Assembly (NCBI GenBank): GCA_964385285.1
Contig: CAYLOJ010000004.1
Coordinates: forward strand, 7,736-71,735
Origin: an uncultured Gammaproteobacteria bacterium
GTDB lineage: Bacteria; Patescibacteriota; Patescibacteriia; UBA9570
Reading direction: 5' to 3'
Length of the DNA stretch: 64,000 nt
A program made the translations under genes and the position numbers. Shown one piece after another: positions 58,990 to 64,000 of the stretch (positions within the stretch are counted from its first letter, which is position 1; each line of letters opens with the position of its first letter). Below the pieces are notes generated by a model that saw nothing but the letters and a program-made list of their open reading frames with translations, was not told the origin of the DNA and ran no database searches.

Positions 58990-59021
58990 GGGGCGGTTGA
59001 TCATTCCAGATCGGCCGCCCC
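58990..59021 (+). terminator. GC-rich hairpin after the Zn-ribbon gene
   Basis: GGGGCGGTTGATC...GATCGGCCGCCCC; no U tract. Confidence 0.45.
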
Positions 59022-59079
59022 AACCATTCATTATCCCCAGACTTGTCAACCTTTTAACCATGTGATATCGTCTACCCCT

Positions 59080-59346
59080 ATGGCACATAAATCCGCAGCC
59101 CTTAAATCAATTCGAAAAACCGCTAAGCGCGCGATTCGTAACCGTACCAATAAGCGTGTCGTCAAGGAATTGACGAAAGCTAGTTTGGTCGCCATCAAGC
59201 AGAAAGAAGCGACTGCTTTGGAGAAAGTTCGCGCCGCCAGCAAAGCAATTGATAAAGCTGTTCAGAAAGGGACCTTGCACGCCAACACTGGTGCTCGCAA
59301 GAAATCTCGTTTGATGAAACAGTTGAACGCCCAGTTGAAGAAGTAA
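59080..59346 (+). CDS. rpsT: 30S ribosomal protein S20
   Basis: MAHKSAALKSIR...IDKAVQKG.LH.N..ARKKSRL. Confidence 0.95.
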   Translation: MAHKSAALKSIRKTAKRAIRNRTNKRVVKELTKASLVAIKQKEATALEKVRAASKAIDKAVQKGTLHANTGARKKSRLMKQLNAQLKK

Positions 59347-59362
59347 GAGTAATCTTGCAGCG

Positions 59363-60289
59363 CTAACTGAGACACAGTTCAGCCACCAGTTTATCCAGCA
59401 CTACGGCTGGCTCTAGACTGGTGGTTTTTAGTTGTTCGTCCACGCGTACTACTTTACCGTACAAAGTAGTCAGTTGCTCCATGCTAAAACGCCGAGCATG
59501 CAAGGCCGATTTTTTTTGGACATAGGGATGTAACTTCTTGGCAGCCTCCCCACCGGATTTCACCTGTAACAGAATTGTGATCTGCCGCGCGAGCATAGTC
59601 AGGATATAAAATGGGTTGGCTCCACTCTCCATTTGATCATGCAATACTTTTAAAGCCGCACTAGCGTGTCGTTCAGATAAAGCGTCTGTCAGATGAAAAA
59701 TATTATCATCTAGGGGTGAGGCCACAAACAACTCAGCATTTTTCAGGCTGATATTTTTATCATAATGCGTTAACTGTTCTACTACCCCACTCATGCGCCA
59801 ACCATCACTACCAATAGCTTGTACTAGGTAGTGAACGGCCGTCGGTTCAATCGTAGCGTGCAATTTTTGCACCCGCTCTTTCAACCATTTGGATAATTGC
59901 GTAGGGTCTAACAATGGAAACGCTTCCACCCGATCGGCTTTTAACAAGACGGGTAATAAAGGAGATTCGGTCTTAGCATCCGTTTTGGGCAACTCGCTAG
60001 CAGTGGCGATGACAATGGTATCTGCTCCACAGCGCGGCAACAAGGCTAAGAACACATCCACCACTTGGGGTTTGAGTTTGAAAATTTCGGTAATGACTAC
60101 ACAGCGCTTGGTGGTAAATAAGCCACCACTCAATAGTTTACTTGGTAATACTTGGGGATCTAGTTCACTAGCCACTAATGTCTCTAACCCAACACTATTG
60201 GCATCATATTTCGATACAAAACCTTGGCGAAGGGTTTCTAGCCGTTCATGTAAGCGAAAGCTGTCAGGACCATGTAAAAACATCAACAT
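59363..60289 (-). CDS. holA: DNA polymerase III delta subunit
   Basis: FLHGPD.F, GLF..KRCVVI, IF.LTDA and LHPYV; convergent with rpsT, a common arrangement. Confidence 0.88.
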   Translation of the reverse strand: MLMFLHGPDSFRLHERLETLRQGFVSKYDANSVGLETLVASELDPQVLPSKLLSGGLFTTKRCVVITEIFKLKPQVVDVFLALLPRCGADTIVIATASELPKTDAKTESPLLPVLLKADRVEAFPLLDPTQLSKWLKERVQKLHATIEPTAVHYLVQAIGSDGWRMSGVVEQLTHYDKNISLKNAELFVASPLDDNIFHLTDALSERHASAALKVLHDQMESGANPFYILTMLARQITILLQVKSGGEAAKKLHPYVQKKSALHARRFSMEQLTTLYGKVVRVDEQLKTTSLEPAVVLDKLVAELCLS

Positions 60290-60313
60290 AGGGATTCTAG
60301 TATATACTGATCC

Positions 60314-60341
60314 TGTAATATTTGCCAAAATGGCGCATTAT
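60314..60341 (+). promoter_or_regulatory. Putative promoter of the second ECF sigma
   Basis: TGTAATA-N15-CATTAT: same -10 and spacing as the first ECF motif. Confidence 0.5.
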
Positions 60342-60374
60342 ACCTATAGGTACCCAATAGATCTATTGACCACC

Positions 60375-60911
60375 ATGACCGAACCGACCAAACCACAGTA
60401 TCCGGAACTCGCTTCCCACATCATTGAACAGGCCAAAACTGAGCAGGCGGCATTTGTTGAGTTATATCGTCATTACGGCCAACGTGTCTTGCGCTTTCTG
60501 ATCGTACGGACCGGTAATCTGCAACTCGCAGAAGACCTGACGCAAGAGACATTCATAGCAGTGATGCGATCGTTGCCTAGCTACCAGAGCGGCCAGGCTA
60601 AATTCTCTAGTTGGTTACTGCAGATTGCCCTGAATTGCGCCCGTATGTACTGGCGCAAACGCAGTAATGCTGAACCGACGGAATTGGCGACTATCCAGGA
60701 GTTGTGGTTCGATCAACCCAATCGACAGACTGAGTGGATGGATTTTTTTCTGGCTCTACATCAACTATCCGAAGAAGATCAAACCTTGTTAACACTCAAA
60801 TATGTCGAAGATTATTCAAACACACAGATAGCCGAGATCTTAAATATTTCACCTAACCATTGCGGAGTAAATATTCACCGAGCACTACAACGATTACAAG
60901 CCTATTTATGA
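60375..60911 (+). CDS. ECF RNA polymerase sigma factor
   Basis: Start at MTEPTK; AF.ELY, AEDLTQETF, FSSWL..IA.N and EIAEIL...HRAL. Confidence 0.92.
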   Translation: MTEPTKPQYPELASHIIEQAKTEQAAFVELYRHYGQRVLRFLIVRTGNLQLAEDLTQETFIAVMRSLPSYQSGQAKFSSWLLQIALNCARMYWRKRSNAEPTELATIQELWFDQPNRQTEWMDFFLALHQLSEEDQTLLTLKYVEDYSNTQIAEILNISPNHCGVNIHRALQRLQAYL

Positions 60912-62113
60912 ATACTGAACATAAACTTCAAGAACTGAATCAGCAACTGGATCGTTTAGATACGCATGCCATGCAATCTCGCATTGAGGCTGGCTTACGT
61001 TCCGCTTGGGTTGAACACCACTCCACACAACCTACTATGAACACTTCGACCCTACCCCGAAAAGGCTGGCGCTGGCTACAACTCGCCATTGGTATTCCCA
61101 GTTTAGCTGGTTTAGCTCTCATTACAACCTTCGCCATTCAACCTGCCAATCCAAATACAGCGACGCTTAGTAGCCGCACATCTGGCAGCGTCACATTAAT
61201 GGGCGCTATGCTCGGCACCTCTGATGTGGTCGCTCAACCCGTCAGTGATGCGACTAAAAACATCCAAGAAAATTATGCCCTAAAAGCAGATCCGCTAGAT
61301 GCGGATAACTCTGCTGCAGGTGGCAGAGTAGAAGAGTATAGTTACGATGATCTGGTTGTAGAAAACGAGACACCTAATGATAGAGCGTATACTTACACGG
61401 ATGGCGATCAAGAGAAACAATTATTTGATGAGTCTGTTGGTTTATCGGTTGAGCTGAAAGGCGAGCTGTTGGATGCAATCCATACTCTACGTGATCAGGT
61501 AGCCACACTGAATGGTCAATTGGTGAATATCTCCTACTACGACACTATGGGCACAGTAGATATCAAATTGCCCGCAGATCAACTCGACACCTTTGAAGAC
61601 ACACTTAAAGAACTGGATGCTCATCACACAGTTGAAGTGGATAGCTACAATGTAGTGAATGTAAGTGAGGAGATTGTCTCAATCGACGAGGGTATTCAAC
61701 AGGCTCAAGATCGCATTACGCAGGCCCAACAATCATTAGGAGCCGCGGGCTTAACAGATGCAAAGCGCCAGGAGTTAGCCGATCAAATTCAAGCTGATGA
61801 AGATTACATTCAAGAAAAACAATCCCTCCGTGATACCACGATCGCTAACTATGATTTAGTAGCCGTGCGTGTCACACTACAACAGTACCAATCCCTATGG
61901 TCGGGCAATTATACACAGTATGATCGTTCTACCTTTAGTGGCATGATCAAATACGAATTGGGTAAAGCAATTTATACGCTGATTCGCTCGACTGGCAAAT
62001 TAACAATCTTCCTTGTTTGGCTATTGGTTTATAGCATTGTGTTAGTGCCCGCGTACTGGTTGCTACGCTGGTGTGTGCGCAAACTAATTCGCGTATTGAG
62101 AAAGCAAGCTTAA
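60908..62113 (+). CDS. Putative anti-sigma factor with a DUF4349-like domain
   Basis: ATGA overlap with the sigma gene; N-terminal TM, DUF4349-like pattern (IKLPA..L..F...L..L, coiled coil), C-terminal TM. Confidence 0.72.
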   Translation: MNTEHKLQELNQQLDRLDTHAMQSRIEAGLRSAWVEHHSTQPTMNTSTLPRKGWRWLQLAIGIPSLAGLALITTFAIQPANPNTATLSSRTSGSVTLMGAMLGTSDVVAQPVSDATKNIQENYALKADPLDADNSAAGGRVEEYSYDDLVVENETPNDRAYTYTDGDQEKQLFDESVGLSVELKGELLDAIHTLRDQVATLNGQLVNISYYDTMGTVDIKLPADQLDTFEDTLKELDAHHTVEVDSYNVVNVSEEIVSIDEGIQQAQDRITQAQQSLGAAGLTDAKRQELADQIQADEDYIQEKQSLRDTTIANYDLVAVRVTLQQYQSLWSGNYTQYDRSTFSGMIKYELGKAIYTLIRSTGKLTIFLVWLLVYSIVLVPAYWLLRWCVRKLIRVLRKQA

Positions 62114-64000
62114 AGATCGCTCCATCGCTCACCCACGCCGAGGTCGACAATCAACGGTACTTTCAACTTCACTACCGTTTCCATCGCATCTTTAATGATG
62201 GCGGCCTCGGCTTGAGCCTTACTCTCTTCCACTTCAAAGACCAATTCATCGTGTACCTGCAATAACATGATCGCATGCAATTGCTGCTGTGCAATGACAT
62301 CAGCTACTGCCAACATGGCCTTCTTCATAATATCCGCTGCCGTACCTTGGGCAGGCATATTAATGGCAGCGCGTTCAGCCGCTGCTCGCACCTGCTGCAT
62401 GCCTGATTGAATGTCGGGAAGATACCGTTTGCGTCCAAAGAGCGTTTCCACATAACCTTGCTTGCGCGCTAACTGTTTGGTCTGCTCAACGTATTGCTCG
62501 ATTGCGGGATGCAATGCAAAGTAGCGCTTGAGATAATCACGCGCCTGCTCATGCGAGATCTTAGCATCACGTGATAATCCATAGGCACCCATTCCATATA
62601 AAATTCCGAAGTTGATCGACTTAGCCGCTCGCCGCATCTCTTTTGTGACGGTTGATTCCGAGATATCATGCATCTCCGCAGCGGTTTGGGTATGGATATC
62701 TGCACCACGTTTGAAACCATCGATAAAGGTTTTATCATTTGCTAGATGCGCAATGATACGCAGCTCAATTTGAGAATAGTCTAACGATACCAATACCTTG
62801 CCCTTGGGAGCCACAAAGGCGCGCCGAATTTCACGACCTAATTCGGTGCGAATCGGAATATTCTGTAAGTTCGGATCCACTGAAGATAATCTCCCGGTTG
62901 CGGCAATCGTTTGATTATAGTTCGTGTGAATGCGTTTAGTATTTGGGTTCACCAATTCTGGCAGGGCGTCTACATAGGTTGATTTCAGCTTAGCGACCTC
63001 ACGATAATCACTGATCATATCGATGATTGGATGCAAGCCACGCATTTTTTCTAATTCACTGGCTGCCGTGGAAATACCGGTTTTGGTTTTAGCCAAGCCT
63101 TGTGTGTCGATCTTTAAACGATCAAACAAAATTTCTTTCAGTTGCTTCGGAGAAGCAATGTTAAATTCAATACCCGCTTGCTTGTAAATTTTCTTTTCCA
63201 ATGCAGCAATATCACTAGCTAACTGTGTACTCATCCGTTTTAAGAATGGCACATCTAAACTGATACCTGCCATCTCCATGGCTGCTAAAATAGGAATTAG
63301 GTCTACTTCTAATTGCAAAGTGTCATCCAACTCAGCTTTATGGACGCGGGGTAATAATAATTCATACAATCGCCAGGTGTAGTCGGCATCCTCAGCTGCA
63401 TAGAATGCTAACTTACGTAACGGCACTTCAGTAATCGGCAACTCTTTCTTACCCTTGCCTACCATCTGTTCATACGGCATCATCTCATAACCAAATTCTG
63501 CAAAGGCCAACGCATCAAGACCATGTCCGCGTGTACCGGGATTCAACACATACGAGGCGAGCATTGTGTCAGTGACAATTCCCCGCACTGTAATATCATG
63601 TGTACATTTGAGTACTTTGTAATCGTATTTGATATTGTGGCCTACTTTTTGGATCTTCGCCTGCTCTAACACGCCACGGAATTGCTCCACATATTTACCC
63701 ACAATGTAATAGGCATCGCCTGCCGCCACGGCAATGCTAAAGCCAACCAGTTCACATTGCATCGGATCAAGGCTGGTAGTTTCAGTGTCTAACGCGAACA
63801 CTTTGACCTTCTCCAATCGTTTAACTAAGTCGGCTGCAGCTGGCACACTATCCACTAAGTGATAGGTACTCTCCCCTAACCAATCTTTCTCTGGAGCATC
63901 TACTAAAGCTTTAGTGCCTAACGTTAACTGGCCAGTGGTTTCAGTGGTCGGCATCTCTGGCAAGTTCTTCAATAGTGATTTGAATTCTAACTTTTGAACT
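62110..64000 (-). CDS. polA: DNA polymerase I (5' part outside the window)
   Basis: ALDTET (3'-5' exonuclease), TGRLSS.DPNLQNIP, DYSQIELR, AK.INFG..YG and LQVHDEL. Confidence 0.98.
   Translation of the reverse strand, partial: VQKLEFKSLLKNLPEMPTTETTGQLTLGTKALVDAPEKDWLGESTYHLVDSVPAAADLVKRLEKVKVFALDTETTSLDPMQCELVGFSIAVAAGDAYYIVGKYVEQFRGVLEQAKIQKVGHNIKYDYKVLKCTHDITVRGIVTDTMLASYVLNPGTRGHGLDALAFAEFGYEMMPYEQMVGKGKKELPITEVPLRKLAFYAAEDADYTWRLYELLLPRVHKAELDDTLQLEVDLIPILAAMEMAGISLDVPFLKRMSTQLASDIAALEKKIYKQAGIEFNIASPKQLKEILFDRLKIDTQGLAKTKTGISTAASELEKMRGLHPIIDMISDYREVAKLKSTYVDALPELVNPNTKRIHTNYNQTIAATGRLSSVDPNLQNIPIRTELGREIRRAFVAPKGKVLVSLDYSQIELRIIAHLANDKTFIDGFKRGADIHTQTAAEMHDISESTVTKEMRRAAKSINFGILYGMGAYGLSRDAKISHEQARDYLKRYFALHPAIEQYVEQTKQLARKQGYVETLFGRKRYLPDIQSGMQQVRAAAERAAINMPAQGTAADIMKKAMLAVADVIAQQQLHAIMLLQVHDELVFEVEESKAQAEAAIIKDAMETVVKLKVPLIVDLGVGERWSDL

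Noticed and set aside
59889-60374. Apparent 160-aa N-terminal extension of the second ECF sigma
   Set aside because: It overlaps holA on the opposite strand; the sigma domain and promoter fit a start at 60375.
1-64000. Alternative genetic code (TGA read-through)
   Set aside because: Conserved genes are full length under the standard code and several end in TGA.

Overview
Bacterial chromosome segment (standard code, moderately AT-rich). The gene content and style look like a Patescibacteria/CPR genome; that assignment is an inference. From left to right: (1) a minus-strand de novo purine cluster, folD-purA-purL-fumarase alpha/beta-malic enzyme-purM-purQ(+2xPurS fusion)-purC-2 orphans-purB, with an attenuator-like leader; (2) an ~8-kb cluster of uncharacterised secreted or membrane-anchored proteins around a signal peptidase I: two paralogous Cys-rich putative subunits, three paralogous Ig-like chaperone-type anchored proteins and a Gly-rich fibre-like protein, which is the best candidate for an undescribed surface-filament system; (3) guaB, an amidohydrolase, rpoC-rpoB, murE, a subtilase, asparaginase and an AI-2E transporter; (4) a GC-rich PGRP-type amidase divergent from lexA, direct-repeat LexA-like boxes, a stand-alone DinB-thumb-like gene, a nuclease cluster with xseAB, cell-wall genes, ruvA, a CPA2 antiporter and uvrB; (5) two ECF sigma/anti-sigma pairs with readable promoter motifs, a speA-speB/deoxyhypusine-synthase-like polyamine locus, a GC-rich Zn-ribbon mini-gene, rpsT, holA and the 3' part of polA. 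Many genes appear to be leaderless. No rRNA, tRNA, CRISPR array or transposase was recognised. All calls come from motif recognition by eye; no database searches were run.
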